From NCBI GenBank assembly GCA_016782485.1, contig JADHYK010000001.1, positions 30,081 to 94,080 of the forward strand: a stretch of DNA of 64,000 bases, in the 5' to 3' direction. The position numbers and the translations under genes were made by a program. This DNA comes from Candidatus Omnitrophota bacterium (GTDB taxonomy: Bacteria; Omnitrophota; Gorgyraeia; Gygaellales; Profunditerraquicolaceae). The notes below the pieces were generated by a model, which made no database searches, was not told the DNA's origin, and saw only the letters and a program-made list of their open reading frames with translations. This document shows positions 18,978-28,049 of the stretch, piece by piece. Positions within the stretch are counted from its first letter, which is position 1; every line of letters begins with the position of its first letter.

Positions 18978-20699
18978 CTATATAACCTTTTTTTTAATCT
19001 CCTCTTTAACCATTCTTATAAATTCATCAATCGCCATAGCGCCTAGATCGCCTTTACTTTTTTTACGCACAGAAATATTCCTAGACTCTGCCTCGCGCTC
19101 GCCCACAACTAATACATAAGGTATCTTGTTTAATTCGGCGTTACGGATTCTCTTGTTCAAAGTTTCGCTGCCGCAGTCAATATCAACGCGCATTGAATGC
19201 TCCTGCAGCATTCTTTTTACCTCCTGTGCATAGCCTTCAACAGAATCTTTTACAGGGATAACAACAACCTGCCTCGGCGCCAGCCAGAGAGGCAGCTCTG
19301 CATTATAATGTTCCAGGAGCGCGCCGATAAAACGCTCAAGGCTCCCCAGGATTACCCGGTGCAGCATTATCGGCTGCCTTTGTTTGCCTGCGGAGTCAAT
19401 GTAGGAAAGCTTGAATCTCTTGGGCAGGGCAAAGTCGCACTGGATGGTTGCGCACTGCCAGGGCCTGTTCAGGGCATCCTTTAATTTAATATCTATCTTG
19501 GGGCCGTAGAACGCCCCTTCCCCCTCGTTAATATCGTAAGTCAGTCCTTTTTCCTTTAACGACTCCTCCAGTGCCTGGGTCGCCATCTGCCAGTCCTGGT
19601 CAGAGCCGATATATTTTTCCGGGCGCGTGCTCAATTCGATCTTCAGGTCCTGGAACCCGAATACCTTCATCATGTCAAAGACAAAATCAATGACTGACTT
19701 TATCTCCTGGCGCAGTTGCTGCGGCAGGCAGAAGATGTGCGCATCGTCCTGGGTAAAGCCGCGCACGCGCAGGAGCCCGTGCAGCACGCCCGCCTTTTCC
19801 CGGCGATAGACCGTGCCCAATTCAAAAAAGCGCAGAGGGAGGTCACGATAACTGCGGCTTTTTGATTTATAAATCAGCATATGCCCCGGGCAATTCATCG
19901 GCCTTAAGACAAACTCCTGGTCTTGCGCCTTAAAGGCATACATATTTTCCTTGTAATATTCGTAGTGCCCGGACTGTTTCCAGAGTTCTGCCAGCATAAT
20001 ATGCGGGGTAATCACCAGCTGGTAGCCGCGCCTTAAGTGCTCGGTCTTCTCATAATCCTCAATCAGGTTGCGTAAAAGCGCTCCGTGGGGATGATAAAAT
20101 ACCAGGCCTGCCCCTGCCTCTTCATGATAGATATCGAAAAACCCCAATGTGGTCCCAAGTTTTCTGTGGTCGCGTTTTTTTGCCTCCTCTAGATTTTTTA
20201 GGTACCTTGCCAGCTCCTTTTCCGTTTCAAAACAGGTGCCGTAAATCCTCTGCAGCATGGGGTTAGTTTCCAAGCCGTGCCAATAGGCCCCGGCCAGCGA
20301 CAATAATTTAAATGCCTGGATTTGGCCGGTTGAATTGACGTGGGGGCCGCGGCAGAGGTCGGTAAAACTTTTGCCGGTTCTGTATACGGTTACTGTTTCT
20401 TCGCCAAGACCATCGATCAGTTCGACTTTATAATCCTCTTTTAATTTCTTAAATAATTCCAGCGCCTCTTCTCTGGAAAGCTCCTCTTTTATAAAGGGCA
20501 GGTCACTTTTAATGATCTGACGCATCTTCTTCTCTATTTTTTCCAAATCCTCGTCGGTAAAAGGCTCTTTCTTGTCGAAGTCATAATAAAAACCCTCCTC
20601 TATGGCAGGGCCTATGCCAAGCTTAACGGCGGGCCAGAGCTCCTTTACCGCCGCAGCCATCACATGTGAACAGGAATGTCGTAAAATATTTAAATCCAT
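18978..20699 (-). CDS. thrS: Threonine--tRNA ligase lacking the N-terminal TGS domain
   Basis: Start taken at MDLNIL (ATG 20699..20697). The track's upstream TTG extension overlaps tRNA-Val. HSCSHVMAAAVKELWP (N2 domain), RDHRKLG, class II motifs, C-terminal anticodon-binding domain. Confidence 0.88.
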   Translation of the reverse strand: MDLNILRHSCSHVMAAAVKELWPAVKLGIGPAIEEGFYYDFDKKEPFTDEDLEKIEKKMRQIIKSDLPFIKEELSREEALELFKKLKEDYKVELIDGLGEETVTVYRTGKSFTDLCRGPHVNSTGQIQAFKLLSLAGAYWHGLETNPMLQRIYGTCFETEKELARYLKNLEEAKKRDHRKLGTTLGFFDIYHEEAGAGLVFYHPHGALLRNLIEDYEKTEHLRRGYQLVITPHIMLAELWKQSGHYEYYKENMYAFKAQDQEFVLRPMNCPGHMLIYKSKSRSYRDLPLRFFELGTVYRREKAGVLHGLLRVRGFTQDDAHIFCLPQQLRQEIKSVIDFVFDMMKVFGFQDLKIELSTRPEKYIGSDQDWQMATQALEESLKEKGLTYDINEGEGAFYGPKIDIKLKDALNRPWQCATIQCDFALPKRFKLSYIDSAGKQRQPIMLHRVILGSLERFIGALLEHYNAELPLWLAPRQVVVIPVKDSVEGYAQEVKRMLQEHSMRVDIDCGSETLNKRIRNAELNKIPYVLVVGEREAESRNISVRKKSKGDLGAMAIDEFIRMVKEEIKKKVI

Positions 20700-20705
20700 A
20701 ATTAA

Positions 20706-20782
20706 TGGTGGGCTCAAGTGGACTCGAACCACCGACCTTCTCCATGTCAAGGAGACACTCTAACCAACTGAGCTATGAGCCC
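20706..20782 (-). tRNA. tRNA-Val (anticodon GAC), CCA encoded
   Basis: GGGCTCATAGCTCAGTTGGTTAGAGTGTCTCCTTGACATGGAGAAGGTCGGTGGTTCGAGTCCACTTGAGCCCACCA. 7-bp acceptor, anticodon loop TTGACAT, T-loop TTCGAGT. Confidence 0.85.
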
Positions 20783-20793
20783 GTAATCTACAT

Positions 20794-20875
20794 GGGCAAG
20801 GAGGGAGTCGAACCCTCATGGCCTTGCGGCCAATGGATTTTAAATCCATCGTGTAAGCCATTCCACCACTTGCCC
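20794..20875 (-). tRNA. tRNA-Leu (anticodon TAA), type II long variable arm, CCA not encoded
   Basis: GGGCAAGTGGTGGAATGGCTTACACGATGGATTTAAAATCCATTGGCCGCAAGGCCATGAGGGTTCGACTCCCTCCTTGCCCA. Anticodon loop TTTAAAA. Variable-arm hairpin GGCC-GCAA-GGCC. Confidence 0.8.
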
Positions 20876-20975
20876 GGCTGCGCATATTACGCAGATACTT
20901 CACTCACTGCGGCGCTTGTCGCGCCGCTACGTTCGTTCAGTATCCATGAAATTTTTTCTCGTCGGAAAAATTTCA

Positions 20976-21050
20976 TGGAGGCGACGAGCGGATTCGAACC
21001 GCTGAATAGCTCTTTTGCAGAGAGCTGCCTTGCCGCTTGGCTACGTCGCC
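20976..21050 (-). tRNA. tRNA-Cys (anticodon GCA), discriminator U, CCA encoded
   Basis: GGCGACGTAGCCAAGCGGCAAGGCAGCTCTCTGCAAAAGAGCTATTCAGCGGTTCGAATCCGCTCGTCGCCTCCA. Anticodon loop CTGCAAA. U73 as expected for Cys. Confidence 0.85.
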
Positions 21051-21055
21051 ACTTA

Positions 21056-21640
21056 TCAAAGCAGCCTTCTTGCCGCCCTGACTATCTCCTCAACCTCTGC
21101 CAGGCAGCCGATGCCCTTTTTACCGCAGGCAAGCTGCCCCTGCCTGGGGCCGATGAAGCTGTAACCTAAAGACTTTAGCTTTTTGATATTGCCTTGCGTA
21201 ATTTTATTCTTGTACATAGCTTCATTCATCGCCGGAGCAATCAAGACCGGTGCCTGCGTTGCGCAAATTGCGCAGGTCAACAGGTCGTCGCAGATGCCGC
21301 CTGCGATTTTGGCGATAATGTTGGCGGTTGCCGGTGCGACGACCACCAAATCCGCCCTCTCGGCAAGCGAGAGGTGTTCTATTTCCTGGCTTTGCCTATT
21401 GGAAGGCAAACCATTGTTCTCTAACTTACAGGCCCCCGGGTCGGCAAATAATTGCCCGCCGTAAACTTTGTTTCCCGCCAGGCTCTGAAAAACAACCGGC
21501 CGGATAAGCTCCTGGGCCTCCTCTGTCATAACCACGCTAACGCAAACCCCCAGCTCTTTCAGCCTGCGCAGGAGATCGCAGGCCTTATATATCGCAATGC
21601 TGGCTGTCACCCCTAAAATAATCTCTTTGCTTTTGACCAC
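21056..21640 (-). CDS. coaC: Phosphopantothenoylcysteine decarboxylase (CoaC flavoprotein domain only; no fused CoaB)
   Basis: ILGVTASIAIYKACDLLRRL...VVAPATANIIAKIAGGICDDLLT flavoprotein motifs. 194 aa. The gene ends 5 nt before tRNA-Cys. Confidence 0.8.
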   Translation of the reverse strand: MVKSKEIILGVTASIAIYKACDLLRRLKELGVCVSVVMTEEAQELIRPVVFQSLAGNKVYGGQLFADPGACKLENNGLPSNRQSQEIEHLSLAERADLVVVAPATANIIAKIAGGICDDLLTCAICATQAPVLIAPAMNEAMYKNKITQGNIKKLKSLGYSFIGPRQGQLACGKKGIGCLAEVEEIVRAARRLL

Positions 21641-21722
21641 GTAATTAGTCTTTCGGTTTTACTTTTGCGCCACGTAAAATTCGCTTCGCTCATCACGTGG
21701 CAGCCCCGTGGCCCGAAGGGCT

Positions 21723-21917
21723 TTACGGGGCGCAATACACTTTGTTTTCGGCGATCTCGTGCAAGGCAATGGTAGAGGGCTTGGTGGATGAATTCGCATC
21801 TATTAGCTTAGGTTGGCCTTCGGCGATCTCCAAAGCCCTTTTGGACGCCAGAATTACCAGCTTGTAAATAGACCCTTCGCTCTTATCCAGAAGTTTTTCA
21901 ATGGGGACATACGGCAT
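21723..21917 (-). CDS. rpoZ: DNA-directed RNA polymerase subunit omega
   Basis: SIYKLVILASKRALEI. Lies in a yicC-gmk-rpoZ-coaC arrangement. Confidence 0.85.
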   Translation of the reverse strand: MPYVPIEKLLDKSEGSIYKLVILASKRALEIAEGQPKLIDANSSTKPSTIALHEIAENKVYCAP

Positions 21918-22515
21918 AATTGATTTCTCCTAATATTTTACTCTTCAATTCCTTTAAGGCCTGCGAAAAATTGCTGTTTACCACAGTATAATCATATTCC
22001 CGGGAGCCTGCCAGTTCATCCTGCGCAAGCCGCAGGCGCTGCCTCAATTCTCTCGTTGCGGTCCTGCAGCGCTTCTCTATCCTGACCTCAAGCTCTGCCA
22101 GCGACGGAGGAATAATAAAAATGGTTACCGCCTCTTTGGGATAAACCCGCCTGATCCTGCGCGCCCCCTTCAGATCCAGGCAGAGAATAACGCTTCGCCC
22201 CTGCCTTAACCAGCGTTCAACCGGCTCTTTAGGCGTTGCGTAATAATAACCCAAATACCTTGTCCATTCAAGGATTTTTTGCTCTTTGCGCCTGTGTTTG
22301 AATTCTTTTTCGCTGATAAAAAGGTAGCCCCTGCCGCGCTTTTCTCCGGGCCTGCTGCGCCGCGTAGTAAAGGAAACCGACTTGATCAGCCGGTTCTTGA
22401 ATCCCTTATCTCTGACCAGTCGGGCGACAAGCGTAGTTTTGCCCGAGCCGGAAGGGCCGGAAACTACAAAGATTTTTCCTCTGCCTTTATGCCGGGTTCT
22501 GCCTGTCTCACTCAA
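21898..22515 (-). CDS. gmk: Guanylate kinase (proposed TTG start just after the yicC stop)
   Basis: KIFVVSGPSGSGKTTL P-loop, RPGE...Y.F motif. The track ORF extends back into yicC. TTG at 22515..22513 gives about 205 aa. Confidence 0.8.
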   Translation of the reverse strand: MSETGRTRHKGRGKIFVVSGPSGSGKTTLVARLVRDKGFKNRLIKSVSFTTRRSRPGEKRGRGYLFISEKEFKHRRKEQKILEWTRYLGYYYATPKEPVERWLRQGRSVILCLDLKGARRIRRVYPKEAVTIFIIPPSLAELEVRIEKRCRTATRELRQRLRLAQDELAGSREYDYTVVNSNFSQALKELKSKILGEINYAVCPH

Positions 22516-23335
22516 TGTTCTGCACTTGTTCGCGTATCTTTTCAATCTGGCTCTTGGTCTGAACGATACGCCCGGAAATGACCAGATCAAAGGTCTTGGC
22601 TGCCAGGGTATTGGCCTCGCGCTGCATCTCCTGGGCGATAAAATCCAGCTCCTTGCCGACAAGCCCGGATTTAGAAAGCCTGCTTTTAAAATTTCTGGTG
22701 TGGTAACCCAGCCTCTCTATCTCTTCGGTAACATCCGAATCCTTCAGAAAAGCAGCACGCTCTTCGGCTTTGTCTATTGCTTTAAGCTTCTCCCTGACCG
22801 CTTTTTTAAAACGTTCTTTTATTGCCGCCAGGTTTAACTTCAGGGACTCCGCCCTGTTCTTCAAAAACACCTGCGTTGCCCTGCCCTCCTTGCGCCGGGC
22901 CTTGAGCAGTTCATCCAGGGCGCCGGCCAGCAATACTTTAAGCCGCGGCCAGATACTCATCGCAGAGATGCTGTCCTCTTCCAGTGACAAAATACCCGGC
23001 AGATGCACCAGGGTATCAATGCCGACCTCTCCGTCAATCCCAAATTCCTCCCTGATCCTGTTGAGCTGCGCAAGGTAGTCGCGCAACAACGCCTTGTTTA
23101 TAAAAACTTTTGTCGGACGGGTGCCGATAATGTTTATGGCGCAGGTAACGCGGCCTCTTTTAATCTTACGCTCAACCTCTTTTTTTATCCTGCCCTCCAA
23201 AGACAGATAACCCGGCGGGATATGAAAAACTGACTCCAAAAATTTGTGGTTGGAGCTTCGTAATTCAATCCGGATCTTGCCGAAAGGAGCGACTCCTGCC
23301 TCCCTGGTACCGAAACCCGTCATGCTTTTAATCAT
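22508..23335 (-). CDS. yicC: YicC/YloC family stress-induced protein
   Basis: MIKSMTGFG N-terminus, conserved C-terminal DUF1732 region (EEIERL...ELDFIAQEMQREANTL). Confidence 0.85.
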   Translation of the reverse strand: MIKSMTGFGTREAGVAPFGKIRIELRSSNHKFLESVFHIPPGYLSLEGRIKKEVERKIKRGRVTCAINIIGTRPTKVFINKALLRDYLAQLNRIREEFGIDGEVGIDTLVHLPGILSLEEDSISAMSIWPRLKVLLAGALDELLKARRKEGRATQVFLKNRAESLKLNLAAIKERFKKAVREKLKAIDKAEERAAFLKDSDVTEEIERLGYHTRNFKSRLSKSGLVGKELDFIAQEMQREANTLAAKTFDLVISGRIVQTKSQIEKIREQVQNIE

Positions 23336-23350
23336 ATTAAATCCTGTTCT

Positions 23351-23854
23351 TTAGGCCCAGGCTTTTTTCTTGCGCTCTTTTTCCAAGACCTGGGTTGTGA
23401 CATATAAATCCACGATGATCTCCTCCGGCATAAACCAGAGCTTTATCTCTCTTTCTGCCTCGGCTTCATTGGAGGAGGCATGAATTACATTTTCGTAAAC
23501 GCCGATGGTGGTAATCCTGCCGTAAGAACCCCGGATGGTGGTAGACTCGGCCTCTTCGGGGTTGGTGCTGCCTGCGAGTTCCCTGCATTTTTCGATGGCA
23601 TCTTCGCCCCAATAGACCAGCGCCATAACCTTGCGCCGGTCATGCAGCTCCCCGCGCAGGTATTTTATCAATTCGTTAAAAAAGGGCTTGCCTTTCAGGT
23701 GCTGGTAGTGCTCTTCGGCCAGCTCCTTAGAGACGCGTACCATTTTGGCCGCGACGATCTCCAGCTTTGACTCGGAGAGCCGGGTCAAAATATTGCCGGT
23801 GAGGGACTTTTTTAGCCCGTCGGGTTTTATAAGAATTAGTACCGCCTGGTTCAT
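23351..23854 (-). CDS. ndk: Nucleoside diphosphate kinase
   Basis: LILIKPDG ... NVIHASSN. Active-site His context. 167 aa. Confidence 0.75.
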   Translation of the reverse strand: MNQAVLILIKPDGLKKSLTGNILTRLSESKLEIVAAKMVRVSKELAEEHYQHLKGKPFFNELIKYLRGELHDRRKVMALVYWGEDAIEKCRELAGSTNPEEAESTTIRGSYGRITTIGVYENVIHASSNEAEAEREIKLWFMPEEIIVDLYVTTQVLEKERKKKAWA

Positions 23855-24711
23855 AGATTTTTCTCTCCTCTAATAATATGCATAATCCTATCCAGGTCTT
23901 CCTGCGAATAGAATTCGATTAATATGTGGCCGCGCTTTTTTCTCTTGCTGATGCGTACTTTGGTCGCTAACAGATGCTGCAACTGGTCTTCTAAAACCGC
24001 TACATACGGCTCTCTTTGCGACTGGCCGACCCTGCGCTTAGCCCCCCTTGGCCGGTGCATTTTAATTAAATTTTCCAGTTCGCTTACCGTCAGCCCTCTG
24101 GAGATAATCTCCTGCGCCAACCTCCTCTGCTGGTTCTCATCATCAAGTTCAAGCAGGGCCCTGCCGTGCGCAAAAGAAATTCTTCCTCTTTTTAGCTCCT
24201 GCTGCACCTCTTGCGGTAACTTCAATAACCGCAATATGTTAGTAATAGAAACCCTGGCTTTACCCAAGACCTGGCCAATTCTCTCCTGGGTCAGGTTGAA
24301 TTTTTCAATAAGATACTGGTAGGCGTGCGCCTCTTCAATGGGATTTAAATCCTGTCTCTGAATATTTTCAATCAGGGCCAGCTCCAGGGACTCGCGGTCC
24401 TCAACATCCTTTACCAAAATAGGAACCTCTTTCATATTTAATAAATTCGCGGCGCGCCACCGTCTTTCTCCGGCAATCAACTCATAGTCATCGCCCTTGC
24501 GCCTTACCAATAAGGGCTGGATTACGCCTTTTTCCTTTATAGACTGGGCCAGCTCTTCAAGGCCCTGGCTCTCAAAATCCTCCCGCGGCTGAAAAGGATT
24601 AGGCTTAATTCTTTCAGTTTGGACATTTATAATCTTTATTTCCTGGCCAGCCACTTGTGCCTTTTCAGGAATTAAAGCGCTTAAGCCCTTTCCTAAAGCT
24701 TTTCTTTCCAT
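23851..24711 (-). CDS. parB: Chromosome partitioning protein ParB/Spo0J
   Basis: ParB box QPLLVRR...YELIAGERRWRAA, HTH, C-terminal dimerisation region. Confidence 0.9.
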   Translation of the reverse strand: MERKALGKGLSALIPEKAQVAGQEIKIINVQTERIKPNPFQPREDFESQGLEELAQSIKEKGVIQPLLVRRKGDDYELIAGERRWRAANLLNMKEVPILVKDVEDRESLELALIENIQRQDLNPIEEAHAYQYLIEKFNLTQERIGQVLGKARVSITNILRLLKLPQEVQQELKRGRISFAHGRALLELDDENQQRRLAQEIISRGLTVSELENLIKMHRPRGAKRRVGQSQREPYVAVLEDQLQHLLATKVRISKRKKRGHILIEFYSQEDLDRIMHIIRGEKNL

Positions 24712-25505
24712 TCCGCCTCTCCTTCCAGTATAGAGCCTTGAGGTTCATAGGTCCCTAAAATCTCCCTGCTTAACTCTTCGTATTTTCTTGCTCCGATCGA
24801 ATCTTTATCATATAGTGATACCGGCTTACCAAAACTCGGCGCTTCAGTCAAACGAATACTTCTGGGTATTATGGTTTTAAAAACTTTTTCTTTAAAATAT
24901 TTTCTTACCTCCTGCACCACCTCTTTTGTGAGATTGGTACGAAAATCCGCCATAGTCATCAGCACGCCTTCAATGGTTAGGTCAGGATTGAGGTTTTCTT
25001 GCACAAGTCTAATGGTGCTAGTGAGTTGCGTCAATCCCTCTAAGGCATAATACTCGCATTGGACCGGGATAAGCACTGAATCTGCTACGCATAATGCATT
25101 GATTGTCAACAAGCCTAATGATGGCGGCGAATCAATAATAATATAATCAAAGTCCTCTTTTATGTTAGCAATAGCCCTCTTCAGTCTATACTCCCTGCCC
25201 AAAACGCTTACTAATTCCACCTCTGCGCCGGTAAGATCCAGGCTGGAGGGCGCCAACAATAAATTGCTGATGGCGGTGTTTTGAAAAATCTCGGCTATCT
25301 CCAACTCCTCCAAAAGCACATGATAAGTGCTTTGCTTAATATTATGCTTATTTACCCCTATACCGCTGGTGGCATTTGCCTGGGGGTCTAAATCTACTAA
25401 AAGAACCTTTGCCCCAGCTAAAGCCAGATAACTGGCTAAATTAATGGCAGAGGTTGTCTTGCCGGTTCCGCCCTTTTGATTACAAATGGTTATAATCTTA
25501 CCCAT
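24693..25505 (-). CDS. parA: Chromosome partitioning ATPase ParA/Soj
   Basis: Deviant Walker A NQKGGTGKTTSAINLA, VLLVDLDPQANAT. Confidence 0.9.
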   Translation of the reverse strand: MGKIITICNQKGGTGKTTSAINLASYLALAGAKVLLVDLDPQANATSGIGVNKHNIKQSTYHVLLEELEIAEIFQNTAISNLLLAPSSLDLTGAEVELVSVLGREYRLKRAIANIKEDFDYIIIDSPPSLGLLTINALCVADSVLIPVQCEYYALEGLTQLTSTIRLVQENLNPDLTIEGVLMTMADFRTNLTKEVVQEVRKYFKEKVFKTIIPRSIRLTEAPSFGKPVSLYDKDSIGARKYEELSREILGTYEPQGSILEGEAEWKEKL

Positions 25506-25540
25506 TGCCTAATACCATGTTCCTTATGGAACTCCTGCAA

Positions 25541-25747
25541 CTACCTACGCGAACCTCCTTTGTCTTCAATCACGCTTACCCTTACTTTCGCAGGCTTTGC
25601 ACCCTCCATCCCAAAAAGGCCCTTTTCCTCTTCAGAGAGTATCTCAATTTTGGCTTGATTGCGCGTCAGCCTTAATTCTCTAAGTGCTTTATTTATCGCC
25701 TCTTCAACGGTCTTGCCTTCAATTTCGATACTTTTTTTTGGGCTCAT
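25541..25747 (-). CDS. Stand-alone Jag/KhpB N-terminal-domain protein (no KH/R3H part)
   Basis: 68 aa. IEIEGKTVEEAINKALRELRLTRNQAKIEILSEE..GLFG resembles Jag_N. Sits in the canonical jag slot downstream of yidC. Confidence 0.45.
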   Translation of the reverse strand: MSPKKSIEIEGKTVEEAINKALRELRLTRNQAKIEILSEEEKGLFGMEGAKPAKVRVSVIEDKGGSRR

Positions 25748-27267
25748 TTTGAATGCCGGATACGAAACTGATACGCTGTCATCAACGTGCTATTGATTAA
25801 CCAATATAACACCAGGCCTGAAGGCATGTGATAAAAAATAAAACCGAACATAACCGGGAAGATGATCACCATCATCTTCTGTTGACCTGCCGTACTACTG
25901 CCTGCAGACACCATAGACATCTTCTGTTGAAAAAACATACCTATCGCCATAATAATAGGTAAGATATTGATTTCATTGCCCAGAATTGGCAAGGCATTTG
26001 GTAAGATAAATAAGCGATCAGGCTCTGATAAGTCCTTGATCCATAAAAAGTTAGCACCTTTCAGGGCAACCGAACGCATCAACGCTTGATAAAGGCCGAA
26101 AAAAATCGGCATCTGTAAGAGCAAGGGCAAACAGCCGCCAAAGGGATTTACTTTATGCTGTTTATATAATCCCATGATTTCTTTATTTAATTTTTGCGGA
26201 TTATCCTTGTAGGTTTTGCGTAATTCTTCAATGTGGGGTTGCAACGCCTGCATCTCTTTCATGGAGCGCATCTGTTTTAACGTGAGCGGGAACAATATAA
26301 GATAAACCGCAATGCTCAAGATAATAATCGCCCAGCCCCAATTATGCACTAAACCATAAAAGAGCCTCAACAACTGTAAAAGAATCTGCGAGATAAAATC
26401 AAAGAAGCCATAATTAATCACCGATGACCAGGCTGGATTAAGGCTGTTCATAATTCCTATGTCTTGTGGTCCCAAATAGATATGATATTTTTGCCCAAGC
26501 TGTTGCCCGGGGGCCAGCACCATTTTACCAACAGACAATACGATTTCGCTCTCCTTAGAATTTAATCTACGAATTAATACCGAACAATTTTTTGACTCCG
26601 GCTCAACTAGCAGGCAAAAGTACCTGTCGCGTAAAGCCACAAATTGGGCGTTCTCATAACCTACATCTTTGCGGCCGGTGCTATGCAGGCTTTTTTCTGT
26701 CGTTTTAATTGTTAAGCCGAGGTATCTGGTATTAAGGCTGTTGGTGGAAAAGTCTAAAACCCCCAGGATAATCGGAAGATCGACTGTGATGGTATCTGTA
26801 GAGGCATTCTGTACCTTCAATTCCATCCAAAAATCGTATTTTGAACCAGTTAAGCCAATAAAATCTTTTACAATCTTTTTATTATTGCCAGATTGGACAA
26901 ATCGAATCTCCCCAGCAGGGCTACTGGTTCTTTTAAATACCAGTGACGCATCATCAATTAACAATCCGGATTGTAACGGGAAGATATATTTTTGGTGGCC
27001 GTTAAAGCAGACTTCTTTGATCGCCCCTTTTTCTTCTATAAAAATTAACTCCTCTTGACCCCTGGTGTATTTAAATAACGACTGTTCAGCCGGAGCGGTT
27101 GTAGGTAAAGTCTGTGCAGGGGCATCCTTTGTCCCCGCTATAACCGGAGTGAATTGTCCCATTGTAACTACTTTGTTTACAACAGGATCTGGTTTTTGAA
27201 CCAATGCTGACCAGGCCAATAAAACCAATAACGATAAACTTAAGGCTAAAATAAATCGCTTACCCAT
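25744..27267 (-). CDS. yidC: Membrane protein insertase YidC
   Basis: N-terminal TM, large periplasmic domain, conserved C-terminal core GGCLPLLLQMPIFFGLYQAL. Confidence 0.9.
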   Translation of the reverse strand: MGKRFILALSLSLLVLLAWSALVQKPDPVVNKVVTMGQFTPVIAGTKDAPAQTLPTTAPAEQSLFKYTRGQEELIFIEEKGAIKEVCFNGHQKYIFPLQSGLLIDDASLVFKRTSSPAGEIRFVQSGNNKKIVKDFIGLTGSKYDFWMELKVQNASTDTITVDLPIILGVLDFSTNSLNTRYLGLTIKTTEKSLHSTGRKDVGYENAQFVALRDRYFCLLVEPESKNCSVLIRRLNSKESEIVLSVGKMVLAPGQQLGQKYHIYLGPQDIGIMNSLNPAWSSVINYGFFDFISQILLQLLRLFYGLVHNWGWAIIILSIAVYLILFPLTLKQMRSMKEMQALQPHIEELRKTYKDNPQKLNKEIMGLYKQHKVNPFGGCLPLLLQMPIFFGLYQALMRSVALKGANFLWIKDLSEPDRLFILPNALPILGNEINILPIIMAIGMFFQQKMSMVSAGSSTAGQQKMMVIIFPVMFGFIFYHMPSGLVLYWLINSTLMTAYQFRIRHSK

Positions 27268-27284
27268 TTATATTATAACCATTT

Positions 27285-27500
27285 CTATTCCAGCGGGTCA
27301 TAACCGCTTTTAGTTGAAAAGGGATGGCAGCGTAAAAGCCGTATCAGGGCCTTGCCGCCTCCTTTAAAAAAACCGTATCTTAAAACCGCTGCCTTTGCAT
27401 ACTCGGAGCAGCTGGGCGAAAAACGGCATGCCTGGGGCAATAATGCCCTGATATATCTTTGGTAAAAAGTAATAAAATAAAGCGCAACTCTCCCCGGCAT
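27285..27500 (-). CDS. yidD: Membrane protein insertion efficiency factor YidD
   Basis: CRFSPSCSEYA...HPFSTKSGYDP. 71 aa. Confidence 0.85.
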   Translation of the reverse strand: MPGRVALYFITFYQRYIRALLPQACRFSPSCSEYAKAAVLRYGFFKGGGKALIRLLRCHPFSTKSGYDPLE

Positions 27501-27637
27501 TAGCGGCTGATTCTTTTTCTTCCCTTTTTACGCCTGCGCGCCAATATTGCTTTACCGCAACGGCTCTGCATCCGGTTGCGGAAACCATGCCGTCTTTTGC
27601 CAACGATATTGGTAGGGGTCTTGAGGTTCTTTTTCAT
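27500..27637 (-). CDS. rpmH: 50S ribosomal protein L34 (below the 60-aa cutoff; its TAA shares one base with the yidD ATG)
   Basis: [52 protein letters not shown] 8 nt upstream. No rnpA between rpmH and yidD. Confidence 0.8.
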   Translation of the reverse strand: MKKNLKTPTNIVGKRRHGFRNRMQSRCGKAILARRRKKGRKRISR

Positions 27638-28049
27638 AAAAGATCTGCTCCTGCAAAGTGGTTAATCAACCCTGGATTAATGTTTAAAAATTGTAGCACA
27701 GAAAAATGCGGCGGTCAAGAAAACAAATGGGATAGGTAGTTGCAAAACCGGCCCGCGGTTTAAATCCCGGGTTTTTTCGACGACAACCGCATAGATCGGC
27801 CCCCCGGCATTGCTTAAATTTTTTTGCACAACCGCGCCCGGGATATCCCCAAGACCGCTTTTTCTGTTGACGCTTATGGAAATTGTTGTATAATAGCTGA
27901 CGCTTTCAAGGAGCCTTCATCAGGGCTTATCTTTTTTGCTTGCAACCTCTTTGGTCTCTGTTATAATTATCGTACGCAGCCTGCGGGTATACCATTGGGG
28001 TTTTCCACAGATTTATACAAGGTGTGAATAAACTGTTAATTCTTTAGAT
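27638..28049. promoter_or_regulatory. oriC: Origin-proximal rpmH-dnaA intergenic region: divergent promoters and DnaA boxes
   Basis: TTTTCCACA at 28001..28009 and TGTGAATAA at 28023..28031 (8/9 to TTATCCACA and its complement). TTGACG-16-TATAAT at about 27867..27894. Strand-bias switch at this point. Canonical rpmH|dnaA arrangement. Confidence 0.6.
27690..27718 (-). promoter_or_regulatory. Sigma70-like promoter for rpmH (TTGACC-17-TACAAT)
   Basis: Minus-strand sequence CTTGACCGCCGCATTTTTCTGTGCTACAATTTTT about 55 nt upstream of the rpmH ATG. Confidence 0.5.

Noticed and set aside
20700-20750. 17-codon N-terminal extension of thrS in the ORF track (TTG at 20750)
   Set aside because: It overlaps tRNA-Val on the same strand. 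The ATG at 20699 begins the conserved MDLNIL N2-domain sequence.
20705-21169. 154-aa plus-strand ORF spanning the tRNA cluster
   Set aside because: It is antisense to three well-formed tRNA genes (Val, Leu, Cys), so it is an artefact of stop-free tRNA antisense sequence.
22516-22662. 49-codon N-terminal extension of gmk in the ORF track
   Set aside because: It lies entirely within yicC on the same strand and has no homology to Gmk. The TTG at 22515 gives a normal-length guanylate kinase.
27364-27603. 79-aa ORF overlapping yidD and rpmH, considered as a candidate divergent rnpA
   Set aside because: It is out of frame with, and fully overlaps, two well-supported genes (yidD, rpmH). It has no RnpA signature and is low-complexity. 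Judged spurious.
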